Assembly (NCBI GenBank): GCA_001768615.1
Contig: MELE01000065.1
Coordinates: forward strand, 12,158-76,157
Reading direction: 5' to 3'
Length of the DNA: 64,000 nt
Source of the DNA: Acidobacteria bacterium RIFCSPLOWO2_12_FULL_67_14b
GTDB taxonomy: Bacteria; Acidobacteriota; Vicinamibacteria; Vicinamibacterales; UBA2999
Part shown: positions 1-8,669 of the stretch, in pieces
How positions within the stretch are numbered: the stretch's first letter is position 1
Layout of the letters: each line of letters begins with the position of its first letter
The notes under the pieces: generated by a model
Seen by the model: the letters and a program-made list of their open reading frames with translations, nothing else
Databases searched by the model: none
Told to the model about the DNA's origin: nothing
Made by a program: the position numbers and the translations under genes

Positions 1-718
1 GGACGAGCGCCCGCGCCGCGTCTGGCGCCCGCGCGCCCGCGGCGATGGCTGCCGAGAAGATCGTGGCCTGCTGCGCACCCTCGGGCAGCGGACCGACGTA
101 GTCGACGCCGGGCACCGGCAGCAGCTCGCTGATCTGCTGGAAGCCGATCTCCGCTTCTCCGCGCGCTACCACCGCCGCCACGCGCTCGCTCTCGATCCGC
201 CGGCTCTTACCGCGGATCTGGTCCGCGATCCCGAGCCGCGGAAAGAGCTCGGTCGACAGATACACGCCGCTGGCGCTGGCGGAGTAGGCGATGGAGCGCG
301 CCTCGAGCAGCGTGTGCTTCAACGCGTCAACGGAGCTGATGTCCGGCTTTCTCGCGCCGGCGCGCACGACCATGCCCATGAGCGATCGCACCAGATCCAC
401 GGCGGTACCCGGTAGGACCCTTCCCTGCGCGGCCAGATCGTCGAGGGCGGGTCTCGCCAGGATCACCACGTCGGCCGGCTCGCCGCGGGCCAGGCGGCTC
501 GGGATCGAGTCGGGCGCGCCGCCCATCGAGGCGCCGAAGGCGGTCAGCACCTTGTGTCCCGTCGTGCGCTCGAACTCCGGGACGAGTTCCAGCAGCGCCG
601 CCGTGAAGCCGCCCGACGTCATCACGCGGACCTCGTCGGCGTGCGCATGCGCGGCGACAACGAGCGGCGCGAGCGCGACGAGCGCGACGATGCGGCGAAC
701 CCTGGACCGAATGCGCAT
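1..718 (-). CDS. periplasmic substrate-binding protein, ModA/PBP2-like (3' end lies beyond window start)
   Basis: Absent from the ORF track because it runs off the window edge. My translation from the ATG (rc) at 718 gives MRIRSRVRRIVALVALAPLVVAAHAHADEVRVMTSGGFTAALLELVPEFERTTGHKV...GEPADVVIL..., which is a signal peptide plus a molybdate-like ABC binding-protein pattern. I saw no in-frame stop before position 1. Confidence 0.55.
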   Translation of the reverse strand, partial: MRIRSRVRRIVALVALAPLVVAAHAHADEVRVMTSGGFTAALLELVPEFERTTGHKVLTAFGASMGGAPDSIPSRLARGEPADVVILARPALDDLAAQGRVLPGTAVDLVRSLMGMVVRAGARKPDISSVDALKHTLLEARSIAYSASASGVYLSTELFPRLGIADQIRGKSRRIESERVAAVVARGEAEIGFQQISELLPVPGVDYVGPLPEGAQQATIFSAAIAAGARAPDAARALV

Positions 719-730
719 CTGAGTCATCCA

Positions 731-1435
731 CTAGCGGCGCTGGCTCCAGCGCTCCGCCACCCAGCGGCCCGCCCGGGCGAGCGAGTCGATGTAGGCGCCC
801 ATCTCGAAGTGCCCGACGCCCGCGAGCGCCTCGAAGCGCACCGCCCGTCCCAGCCGTTCCAGCTCATGCGCGGCCCGTTCGTCCTGGCCGAACGGCACGA
901 CCTCGTCGTCGCGGCTGTGCACGATGTAGGTGGGGATCCGCCCCAGGCGGTCGAGCGGCTCGTCGCCAGGCGACCCGGCGATGGGAATGGCCGCGGTGAA
1001 GAGATCGGCGTGCCGCGCCGCCATGAACCACGTGCCGCGGCCGCCCATGCTGAAGCCTACGACCAGGATCCGCCGACGGTCGATGGCGTACTCCTTCGCC
1101 ACGCTCTCGACGAGCGCCAGCACGGCCCGCTCGCCGGCTGCATCGGTCCAGGATCCGGGAGGGCAGTCGGGAGCGATCATGACGGCGCCGAGGTCCCTGA
1201 GGGCGGGCGACACGATCCCCCGCAGGAACGACAAGCCGTAGTAGGGCGTCCGGGGGCCGCCCGGGTGGAGCGCCACGACGAGCGGACGCGGCTCGCGCGC
1301 GCTGGAGCCGGGCGGGACCGAGATGCCGTACAGGATTTTTTCTCCGTCGGGCGCGACCAACGTGCGCTGCTGCACGGCCGGCACGGCGGCCTGTCCGGCG
1401 AACACCAGGAGGGCAGAGCCGAGAAGAAGTGACAT
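731..1435 (-). CDS. secreted alpha/beta hydrolase (esterase/depolymerase-like)
   Basis: ORF 731..1687(-). The likely start is the internal MSLLLGSALLVFAGQAA signal peptide at 1435. It has a GFSMGG nucleophile elbow and a C-terminal His region (GVGHF). Confidence 0.75.
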   Translation of the reverse strand: MSLLLGSALLVFAGQAAVPAVQQRTLVAPDGEKILYGISVPPGSSAREPRPLVVALHPGGPRTPYYGLSFLRGIVSPALRDLGAVMIAPDCPPGSWTDAAGERAVLALVESVAKEYAIDRRRILVVGFSMGGRGTWFMAARHADLFTAAIPIAGSPGDEPLDRLGRIPTYIVHSRDDEVVPFGQDERAAHELERLGRAVRFEALAGVGHFEMGAYIDSLARAGRWVAERWSQRR

Positions 1436-1464
1436 GGCAACTCCCAACTGACTACCGACCAGCG

Positions 1465-1860
1465 TCACGGCGCGAGCTGCGGAATGGTGGTGACCGCGGG
1501 CGGGCGCGGCCGCGCCTGGACCCACGCGTAGATGTCCGCAATGTCCTGGTCGGACAGCACTTTCGAGGTATAGGGGGGCATCTCCCCGGTGGGTGTGCGG
1601 ACGTACTCCGAAAACCGCGCGAACGGGACGACGTTGGGTCCGATGCGCGGGCCCGACAGGCCGCCCTGTGCCTCGTTGGCGTGGCACTGATAGCAGCCCA
1701 CTTTCTTGAACAGCACGCCGCCCGCTTCGACGCGTCCCGGCGGCGCGGCCGGCTTGGCGGCCGGCGGGTTCTGTTGCGAGGCGGAGGCCGCGACGGCTGC
1801 GGCCAGAGTCAGAACGCCGACTGTCACGAAGCCCCTGAACATACGCGCGCTTCTCCTCAC
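1465..1860 (-). CDS. c-type cytochrome (class I, mono-haem)
   Basis: 131 aa with a signal peptide, a CYQCH haem-binding motif (CxxCH) and a downstream Met ligand region (GEMPPY). Confidence 0.8.
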   Translation of the reverse strand: MRRSARMFRGFVTVGVLTLAAAVAASASQQNPPAAKPAAPPGRVEAGGVLFKKVGCYQCHANEAQGGLSGPRIGPNVVPFARFSEYVRTPTGEMPPYTSKVLSDQDIADIYAWVQARPRPPAVTTIPQLAP

Positions 1861-1876
1861 CCCTTGTCCCCTCGCC

Positions 1877-3838
1877 TTATCTCACCTGCGTGACCACGTC
1901 GACGAGCGCCGGCTCGCCCTTCTTCACCACGGCGATCGCCCGCCGAAGCGCCGGCCCGAGATCGTTCGGGTTGGTGATCGGTCCCTCCGCGTAGACGCCC
2001 ATCGATTGGGCCAGCTTCGCGAAATCGATGTTCGGATCGGTGATCTGGCTGCCGATCTCGCCGCGGTCGACGCCGCGGTTTCGGGCGTTGCACATCTTCT
2101 GGACGTGCATCAGCTCCTGATGGTACGCGCGGTTGTTGTTCATCACGGTCAGCAGCGGAATCCGGTGGTGTGCGGCGGTCCAGACCACCCCGGGCGCGTA
2201 CATCATGTCGCCGTCGGTCTGGATCGCCACCGACAGTCGGCCGTGCCGGCGGTTGGCGAGCGCCCCGCCCACCGCGGCCGGCGCGCCGTAGCCGATGCCG
2301 CCGCCGCCGGCGTGGCCGAGCCACTGGTACGGCTTGTCGAAGTTCCAGAGCCGCCGCGGCCAGTTCGTCTGGTCGTTGCTGTAGTAGCTCGAGACGAGCG
2401 ACCAGTCCTCGGTCTTGACCTGCGCCCACAGCTCGGCGGAGAGCCGCGCCACGGTCACCGGGCTCGCTTCCCATGCGTAGGTCGCCGCCACGCGCGCCGC
2501 CTCGCCCGCCGCGCGGCTGGTCTGGGCCAGCGCGGCGCCGCGCTCCTCGAAGACGCGCCGGCGGTCGGCGGTTGCAAGGCGCTTGACCGCGTCGATGAGG
2601 GCCGGCAGCGTCGCCTCGGCATCGGCGGCGATCGCGAGGTCGACTTCCTGCAGCCGGCGGAAGTCCTGATAGTTCGCGCGGATGTAGAGGTCGCCCGTCG
2701 TGATCGAGACGAGCCGTGCTGTCGGCTTCGCCACGCGCCGGGTCGAGCGGTGCAGCTGATCGCGCAGCGCGTTGACCGTGCCCCAGTAGTCGGCGAGTTC
2801 GAGGCCGACGATCACGTCGGCCTCGGCCACCGCGGCGCGGGCGCGGAGCGTCTGGTTGAGCGGATGCCGGGACGGGAAGTTCATCCGGCTCCCCTGATCG
2901 ATCACGGCGGCCTGCAGCGTCTCGGCGAGCTCGACGAGGAGTGTCATGCCGTTCGGCGTCCGCGCCATCCGGTCGGCGACGAGCACCGGGTACTGGGCCG
3001 CCACGAGCATCTTCGCCGCCTCCTCGACGGCGCCGCGTTCGCCCTGCGGCGGGACCGGCAGGCTCAGCCTTGGAATGGCGAGACGCTCGCTCCGCGGAAT
3101 CGGGTGCTCCTGCAGCCCGCCGTCGAGCACGATCACGACCGGCGCCATCGGCGGCGTCATCGCAACCTGGTACGCCCGCACCGCCGACTCGGCGAAGTGC
3201 GTCAGCGACCACGGGAAGTCGTCCCACTTCGTGTAGTCGCGGACCATCGCCGCCGCGTCCTGCACGCCGTGGTACCACTCGGGGCCGCGGCGGATGGCGG
3301 CGTCGGCGTGGTTGCCGAGGATGACGTACACCGGGATGCGGTCGCACCAGGCGTTGTAGATCGCCATCGAGGCGTGCTGCAGCCCGACGGTCCCGTGCGC
3401 CAGCACGGCGAGCGGCTTCCCCTCCACCTTGAAGTAGCCGTGCGCCATCGCGACCGCCGACTCTTCGTGGCAGCAGGTGATCAGCTCGGGGTCGCGGTTG
3501 CCGCCGTGGTTGACGACCGACTCGTGCAGCCCCCGGAAGCTCGAACCGGGATTGGCGACGACGTAGGCGAACCCGAGCGACTTGAACACGTCGACCATGA
3601 AATCGGAACCCGCCCGCTCGCCCTCGCCGAGCACCTGCACGTCGGCCGGGGCGGCCGACTCGGCGGCATGGGTGAGCACCGGCGGCCCCTGCGCGGCCGG
3701 TGTGGCCGCTCCCGCCTGGGGCGGCTGCGCGCCGACCGACACGGGGGCGGCGACGAGCGCGGCGCCGGCGAGCGCGCTTTGCTGCAGGAACTGGCGCCGT
3801 GCGAGCGACGGCGTTGCACGTTTCGATCGGGCCATCAC
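1877..3838 (-). CDS. thiamine-pyrophosphate-dependent enzyme (acetolactate-synthase-like fold) with twin-arginine signal peptide
   Basis: 653 aa. The N-terminus SLARRQFLQQSALAGAALVAAPVSVGA is a Tat motif. The body has a three-domain TPP-enzyme pattern with a GGGIGYGAPAAVG...QTDGDMMY TPP-binding motif. Confidence 0.85.
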   Translation of the reverse strand: MMARSKRATPSLARRQFLQQSALAGAALVAAPVSVGAQPPQAGAATPAAQGPPVLTHAAESAAPADVQVLGEGERAGSDFMVDVFKSLGFAYVVANPGSSFRGLHESVVNHGGNRDPELITCCHEESAVAMAHGYFKVEGKPLAVLAHGTVGLQHASMAIYNAWCDRIPVYVILGNHADAAIRRGPEWYHGVQDAAAMVRDYTKWDDFPWSLTHFAESAVRAYQVAMTPPMAPVVIVLDGGLQEHPIPRSERLAIPRLSLPVPPQGERGAVEEAAKMLVAAQYPVLVADRMARTPNGMTLLVELAETLQAAVIDQGSRMNFPSRHPLNQTLRARAAVAEADVIVGLELADYWGTVNALRDQLHRSTRRVAKPTARLVSITTGDLYIRANYQDFRRLQEVDLAIAADAEATLPALIDAVKRLATADRRRVFEERGAALAQTSRAAGEAARVAATYAWEASPVTVARLSAELWAQVKTEDWSLVSSYYSNDQTNWPRRLWNFDKPYQWLGHAGGGGIGYGAPAAVGGALANRRHGRLSVAIQTDGDMMYAPGVVWTAAHHRIPLLTVMNNNRAYHQELMHVQKMCNARNRGVDRGEIGSQITDPNIDFAKLAQSMGVYAEGPITNPNDLGPALRRAIAVVKKGEPALVDVVTQVR

Positions 3839-3926
3839 GGACTCCTCGAGAAAGGCCTCAGCCGAGAGCCTACAGCCTAAAGCCCAGAGGGTTCAGAATG
3901 CCAGAGGGAAGGGAAGAGCAGCACAG

Positions 3927-4075
3927 AACCAGCCAAGGGGGCTCCGCCCCTTGATATCCCCGCGGAACCCCTTGGCTGGTTGCCAGTATCTTTTGCCGCG
4001 CTTCGCGCGGCTAGGACCGCTATGCGGCCGGACGCAACGAGTACGAAATTCGCGTTCCGGGTCGCATAGCGGTCC
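3927..4075. repeat. three consecutive perfect hairpins in a divergent intergenic region
   Basis: The arms are aaccagccaagggg (3927-3940) / ccccttggctggtt (3968-3981), gccgcgc-ttc-gcgcggc (3995-4011), and ggaccgctatgcg (4014-4026) / cgcatagcggtcc (4063-4075). Confidence 0.7.
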
Positions 4076-4200
4076 AGTCCAGCAGCTCCGTGTCGGGCAT
4101 CAGCTCCCATTCGAAGGAGACTGTCCACGGCCTGGCGTAGGCTTTCGGGTCGTCCACAGTGATCTGCGGGCCCGGGAGAAATCTTCCGCCGCCCTTTTTG
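4020..4200 (-). pseudogene. C-terminal remnant of a paralogue of the 10530..11363 secreted protein
   Basis: The minus frame reads ...GRFLPGPQITVDDPKAYARPWTVSFEWELMPDTELLDW.... The intact gene has ...GRLEIDVTIDDPKAYSRPWRSQTMRFELQPDTELLEH. The frame is closed by a TGA just upstream (about 4203), there is no N-terminal part, and an identical 18-mer agcagctccgtgtcgggc is shared at the DNA level. Confidence 0.55.
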
Positions 4201-4229
4201 CGTCATAATCGGCGCCAGGAGAGCGCTCC

Positions 4230-5708
4230 ATGAGAGTCGTCGCCGCCCTTGCCTGTCTTGTCGTGTTCACGACCACCGCGTACGCGCAGGAGTCGCCGGT
4301 GTCGCCCGAGGCCTGCCGCCAACTCGCCTCCTCGCTCCGGCTCCCGGCGACGACGGTCACGTCGGCCACGCCGGTGCCGGACGGCGACCTGCCGGCGCAC
4401 TGCCGCGTGGCATTGACGATCGCGCCGTCGGCCGATTCCGACATCAAGTCGGAGGTGTGGCTGCCGCTCGCGGGGTGGAACGGCAAGTTCCTGCAGGTGG
4501 GCAACGGCGCCTGGGGCGGGTCGATTCAGTACGGCGCGCTGGCCGACGCGCTGCGGCGCGGCTACGCCGCGGCGTCCACCGACACGGGTCACACCGGCAC
4601 CGACGCCAGCTTCGCCGTGGGGCATCCCGAGAAGCTCGTCGACTTCGGCTACCGGTCGGTGCACGAGACGGCCGTGCAGGGGAAGGCGGCGGTGAGGGCG
4701 TTCTACGGCGCCCCGGCGCGGCTCGCCTATTTCAACGGCTGTTCCGGGGGCGGACGGCAGTCGTTGATGGAGGCGCAGCGCTTTCCCGAGGACTTCGACG
4801 CCATCATCGCCGGCGCGCCAGGCTACAACCGGACCGACGTCGCGTTCCAGACGATCGGGATGATTCAGGCCACGCACAAGGACGCGGCGAGCTTCATTCC
4901 CGCCGGCAAGCACCCGATGCTGCACCGGGCGGCGGTGAATGCCTGCGACGCGATCGACGGCCTGAAGGACGGCCTGATCACCGACCCGAGGCAATGCCGG
5001 TTCGATCCCGCGGTGCTGGAATGCCGGAACGGGGACGGGCCTGACTGCCTGACCAAGCCGCAGGTGGAGGCCGCGCGGAAGATCTACGCGCCCGTCGTCG
5101 ATCCGCGGACGGGGAAGGAGGTCGCCCCGGGGCTCGAGCCGGGGAGCGAACTCCACTGGCCGTCGGTGGCGGGGGAGCGGCCGCACGCGATGTATCACGA
5201 CCTCTTCCGGTTCATCGTGTTCAAGGATCCGGGCTGGGACTTCCGGGCGCTCGATGTCGCCAGGCATTTCGATCTGGCGCGCGCGGCGGACAACGGCGTG
5301 CTCACGGCCGCCTCGACCGACCTCCGGCCCTTCCTCGCGCGCGGCGGCAGACTGCTCATCTACCACGGCTGGGAGGATCAGAACATTCCGCCGCGCGGAT
5401 CGGTCAGCTATTACGAAGGGCTGCTCGAGACGATGGGACGAGAGCTGACCGAACGCGCGGTCCGGCTGTACATGGTGCCCGGGATGGGACACTGCGGCGG
5501 TGGCGACGGCCCGAACGAGTTCGACATGCTGGCGGCGCTCGATGAGTGGCGCGAGCACGGCCTGCCGCCGGCCGCCATCGTCGCGTCGAAGGTCGAGAAG
5601 GGGCGTGTCATGCGCACGCGGCCGCTCTGTCCGTACCCACAGGTGGCGAAGTACGCGGGCAGCGGCAGCATCGACCGCGCGGAGAGCTTCGCGTGCGCCA
5701 TGCCATAG
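4230..5708 (+). CDS. tannase/feruloyl-esterase family hydrolase (secreted)
   Basis: 492 aa with a signal peptide, WNGKFLQVGNGAWGG and a GCSGGGRQ catalytic-Ser motif typical of the tannase/feruloyl esterase family. An RBS caggag lies upstream. Confidence 0.85.
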   Translation: MRVVAALACLVVFTTTAYAQESPVSPEACRQLASSLRLPATTVTSATPVPDGDLPAHCRVALTIAPSADSDIKSEVWLPLAGWNGKFLQVGNGAWGGSIQYGALADALRRGYAAASTDTGHTGTDASFAVGHPEKLVDFGYRSVHETAVQGKAAVRAFYGAPARLAYFNGCSGGGRQSLMEAQRFPEDFDAIIAGAPGYNRTDVAFQTIGMIQATHKDAASFIPAGKHPMLHRAAVNACDAIDGLKDGLITDPRQCRFDPAVLECRNGDGPDCLTKPQVEAARKIYAPVVDPRTGKEVAPGLEPGSELHWPSVAGERPHAMYHDLFRFIVFKDPGWDFRALDVARHFDLARAADNGVLTAASTDLRPFLARGGRLLIYHGWEDQNIPPRGSVSYYEGLLETMGRELTERAVRLYMVPGMGHCGGGDGPNEFDMLAALDEWREHGLPPAAIVASKVEKGRVMRTRPLCPYPQVAKYAGSGSIDRAESFACAMP

Positions 5709-7087
5709 GCCCAGGAGGCCGGAGAACAGCGCGCAGGAGGCGGCGGGGTCCGTGGGTGCTCGCGCTGCTGCTCGTCGCCAGTCCCGCTGCGGCCCAGCCG
5801 GCCTACGAGCACCTGCGGCTGGTGGCGCCGGCGGCGCCGGGCGGCGGCTGGGACCAGACCGCGCGGGCCATGCAGCAGGTGCTGCAGCGCGCCGGGATCG
5901 CGCGCACCATTTCGGTCGAGAACATTCCTGGCGCGGCCGGCCTGATCGGACTGGCGCGCTTCATCGGCGCCGAGCACGGCAGCGGCGACGCCGCCATGGT
6001 CTCGGGTCTCATCATGCTCGGCGCGATCGTGACGCAGCGCTCCGCCGTCACGCTCGGCGACGTGACACCAATCGCCCGGTTGACCGGCGAGTACGAAGTG
6101 CTCACGGTCCCGGTGTCCTCCCCGTTCCGCACGCTGGATGACTTCATCCGCGCCTTCAAGGCGCGGCCGGAATCGATCTCCTGGGGCGGCGGCTCCGCCG
6201 GCGGGAGCGATCAGATCCTGGCCGGCCTCATCGCCGACAGGGTCGGCGTCGATCCCCGGCGCGTCAACTACATCGCCTTTTCGGGCGGCGGCGAATCGCT
6301 GTCGGCGATTCTCGGCGGGCAGGTGTCGGTCGGGATCAACGGCCTTGCCGAGTTCGCCGCGCAGATCGAGGCAGGGGCGGTGCGCGTGCTCGGCATTTCG
6401 AGCGCCGAGCGGCTCCCCGGTCTGGACGTGTCGACGCTCCGCGAGCAGGGGATCGACATCGAGTTCGAGAACTGGCGCGCCGTGGTGGCCCCGCCGGGGC
6501 TCACGCCGGCGGACCGGCGGCGGCTCGAACGCGCGATCGAGGCGATGGTGCGCTCGGAGCCGTGGCGGGAGACGCTCGAGCGCTACCGCTGGATCGATCG
6601 GTATCTCGCCGGCGCGGCATTCGCGCGGTTCATCGAGACGGAGGAGGCCCGCGTCCAGGACATCCTCGCCAAACTCGGGACCGGGCGGACCGGCGAGCGC
6701 ACCCTTGCCTCCGCCGGCCCCTACCCGCTCATCGTCCTGGGGGGGCTCGTGTTCTGCGCCGTCGCGGTCGTGTTCCGCCGCGCGCGACGGTCCCGGACCC
6801 CGGATCGGGGAACCCGGAACCCAGGTCTCGCCCCCGTGCAGCGGTCCGGCTGGCGCTCGGTCGCGCTGGTGGCCGCCGGCGCCGGGCTCGACCTCGTCCT
6901 CGCCGAGTCCGCCGGTTTCGTCATCGCCTCGGCCGTGCTCTTCTGGTTCGTGGCGCGCGCCTTCGACCACCGGCGGCCGGTGCGCGACGCGCTCTTCGCC
7001 GTGGCCGTCTCGACCGGCGCCTACCTGCTCTTCGGGCGCATCCTCGACCTGCCGCTGCCCGCCGGCGTGCTGAGCGGGTGGCTGTAG
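5693..7087 (+). CDS. tctC: TctC-like (Bug family) tricarboxylate-binding protein fused to a TctB-like 4-TM domain
   Basis: ORF 5546..7087. The likely GTG start at 5693 gives the signal [34 protein letters not shown]. The Bug/TctC body includes [11 protein letters not shown]...[13 protein letters not shown]. The C-terminal ~150 aa has hydrophobic helices ([57 protein letters not shown]). The start is uncertain. Confidence 0.7.
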   Translation: MRHAIGPGGRRTARRRRRGPWVLALLLVASPAAAQPAYEHLRLVAPAAPGGGWDQTARAMQQVLQRAGIARTISVENIPGAAGLIGLARFIGAEHGSGDAAMVSGLIMLGAIVTQRSAVTLGDVTPIARLTGEYEVLTVPVSSPFRTLDDFIRAFKARPESISWGGGSAGGSDQILAGLIADRVGVDPRRVNYIAFSGGGESLSAILGGQVSVGINGLAEFAAQIEAGAVRVLGISSAERLPGLDVSTLREQGIDIEFENWRAVVAPPGLTPADRRRLERAIEAMVRSEPWRETLERYRWIDRYLAGAAFARFIETEEARVQDILAKLGTGRTGERTLASAGPYPLIVLGGLVFCAVAVVFRRARRSRTPDRGTRNPGLAPVQRSGWRSVALVAAGAGLDLVLAESAGFVIASAVLFWFVARAFDHRRPVRDALFAVAVSTGAYLLFGRILDLPLPAGVLSGWL

Positions 7088-7094
7088 GGGGCCG

Positions 7095-8618
7095 ATGACG
7101 GAGATCCTCTCCGCGCTCGCCGCGGGGTTTTCCGGCGCCCTCTCGCTCTCGAACCTCGGCTGGGCGTTCCTCGGGGTGACGCTCGGCACCGCGGTCGGCG
7201 TGCTGCCCGGCATCGGTCCGGCGCTGACGGTCGCCGTGCTGCTGCCGGTCACCTTTTCGCTCGATCCGACGAGCGCGTTCATCATGTTCGGCGGTATCTA
7301 CTACGGCGCCATGTACGGCGGCTCGACGACGAGCATCCTGCTCAACACGCCTGGCGAAACCGGATCGATCGCCACCGCGATCGACGGCTACATGATGGCG
7401 CGCCAGGGGCGCGGCGCCGCGGCGCTGACGACGGCCGCGGTCGGCTCGTTCGTGGCGGGCACGCTGGCGACGATGGCGCTGACGTTCTTCGCGCCGCTGC
7501 TCGCCTCGGTGGCGCTCCGCTTCGGACCGGCGGAGTACTTCGCGCTGATGATCGTGGCCTTCACCACCGTCTCCGCGCTGCTCGGCCAGTCGCTCGTGCG
7601 CGGGCTGCTCAGCCTCTTCCTCGGCCTGGCGCTGGGACTGGTCGGCATCGATCCGCTGACCGGCGAGGCGCGCTTTGCCTTCGGCATCCCCCAGCTGCTC
7701 GACGGCATCGACGTCGTCATCCTGGTGATCGGCCTGTTCGCCGTCGGCGAGACGGTCTACCAGGCCTGGCAGTACGGCCGGGAACCGGTGGAAGTCGTCA
7801 GGCTCCACGACTTCACCGGCATGAGCCGGGAGGAATGGAAGCGGTCGTGGAAGCCGTGGCTGCGCGGCACGGCGATCGGGTTTCCGCTGGGCGTGCTGCC
7901 GTGCGGCGGCACGGTCATCCCGACGTTCCTGTCGTACATGACGGAGAAGCGGCTGAGCGATACGCCCGAGCGGTTCGGGCAGGGCGCCATCGAGGGGGTC
8001 GCCGGTCCCGAGGCCGCCAACAACGCCGCGGCGGCGGGCGTGCTCGTGCCGCTGCTGACGCTCGGGCTCCCCTCGTCGGCGACGGCGGCGATCATGCTCG
8101 CCGCCTTCCAGCAGTACGGGCTGCAGCCTGGGCCGCTCCTGTTCTCGTCGCGGCCCGATCTCGTCTGGACGCTCATCGCCAGCCTCTACATCGGCAACGT
8201 GATGCTGCTCGTGCTGAACCTGCCCCTTGCCGGCGTTTGGGCGCGGGTCATGCTCGTGCCGCGGCCGCTGCTGTTCGGGGGCATCCTCGTGCTGGCGTCG
8301 CTCGGCGCCTACACGCTGAACCGGTCGATGCTCGATCTGGCGCTGCTCTATGTCGTGGGCGGGGTCGGGTGCGCGATGCGGGTGTACGACTTTCCGCTCG
8401 TCCCGGCCGTGCTCGGCCTCGTGCTCGGTCCGCTCGCCGAGCAGCATTTCCGACGGGCGGTGGCGATCAGCGAGGGCGATCTCTCGGTCTTCCTGACGCG
8501 TCCGATTTCCGCCGTGCTGCTCGTGGCGGCGCTCCTCGTCCTGCTCGGTCCGCGGGTGATGCGGCGGGTATCAGTGGCGAACAGCAATGCCCAGAGCCCA
8601 ATGCCCAACGCCCAATGA
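7095..8618 (+). CDS. tctA: tripartite tricarboxylate transporter permease TctA
   Basis: 507 aa polytopic membrane protein with the typical TctA N-terminus ([22 protein letters not shown]...[15 protein letters not shown]). Confidence 0.9.
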   Translation: MTEILSALAAGFSGALSLSNLGWAFLGVTLGTAVGVLPGIGPALTVAVLLPVTFSLDPTSAFIMFGGIYYGAMYGGSTTSILLNTPGETGSIATAIDGYMMARQGRGAAALTTAAVGSFVAGTLATMALTFFAPLLASVALRFGPAEYFALMIVAFTTVSALLGQSLVRGLLSLFLGLALGLVGIDPLTGEARFAFGIPQLLDGIDVVILVIGLFAVGETVYQAWQYGREPVEVVRLHDFTGMSREEWKRSWKPWLRGTAIGFPLGVLPCGGTVIPTFLSYMTEKRLSDTPERFGQGAIEGVAGPEAANNAAAAGVLVPLLTLGLPSSATAAIMLAAFQQYGLQPGPLLFSSRPDLVWTLIASLYIGNVMLLVLNLPLAGVWARVMLVPRPLLFGGILVLASLGAYTLNRSMLDLALLYVVGGVGCAMRVYDFPLVPAVLGLVLGPLAEQHFRRAVAISEGDLSVFLTRPISAVLLVAALLVLLGPRVMRRVSVANSNAQSPMPNAQ

Positions 8619-8665
8619 TCGACATCGATTCCGGCGTGGGCATCGGGCATTGGACGTTGGCCTTC
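8595..8665. repeat. imperfect inverted repeat built from the CCAACGCCCAATG motif, overlapping the tctA stop codon
   Basis: gcccaacgcccaatg (8595-8609) pairs with cattggacgttggcc (8651-8665). It is preceded by the direct copies aatgcccagagcccaatgcccaacgcccaatg. The last TctA residues ([10 protein letters not shown]) are encoded by the repeat. Confidence 0.6.
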
Positions 8666-8669
8666 GATC

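Noticed and set aside
1706-3880. Very long ORFs antisense to annotated genes in the high-GC half (e.g. 1706..3880+, 4203..5558-, 5411..7285-, 6921..8447-, 15577..17631+, 22512..23669+, 23528..24529+).
   Set aside because: Their translations are Arg/Ala/Gly/Pro-rich and low in complexity with no motifs. The opposite strand carries clear family signatures. These are typical GC-driven shadow ORFs.
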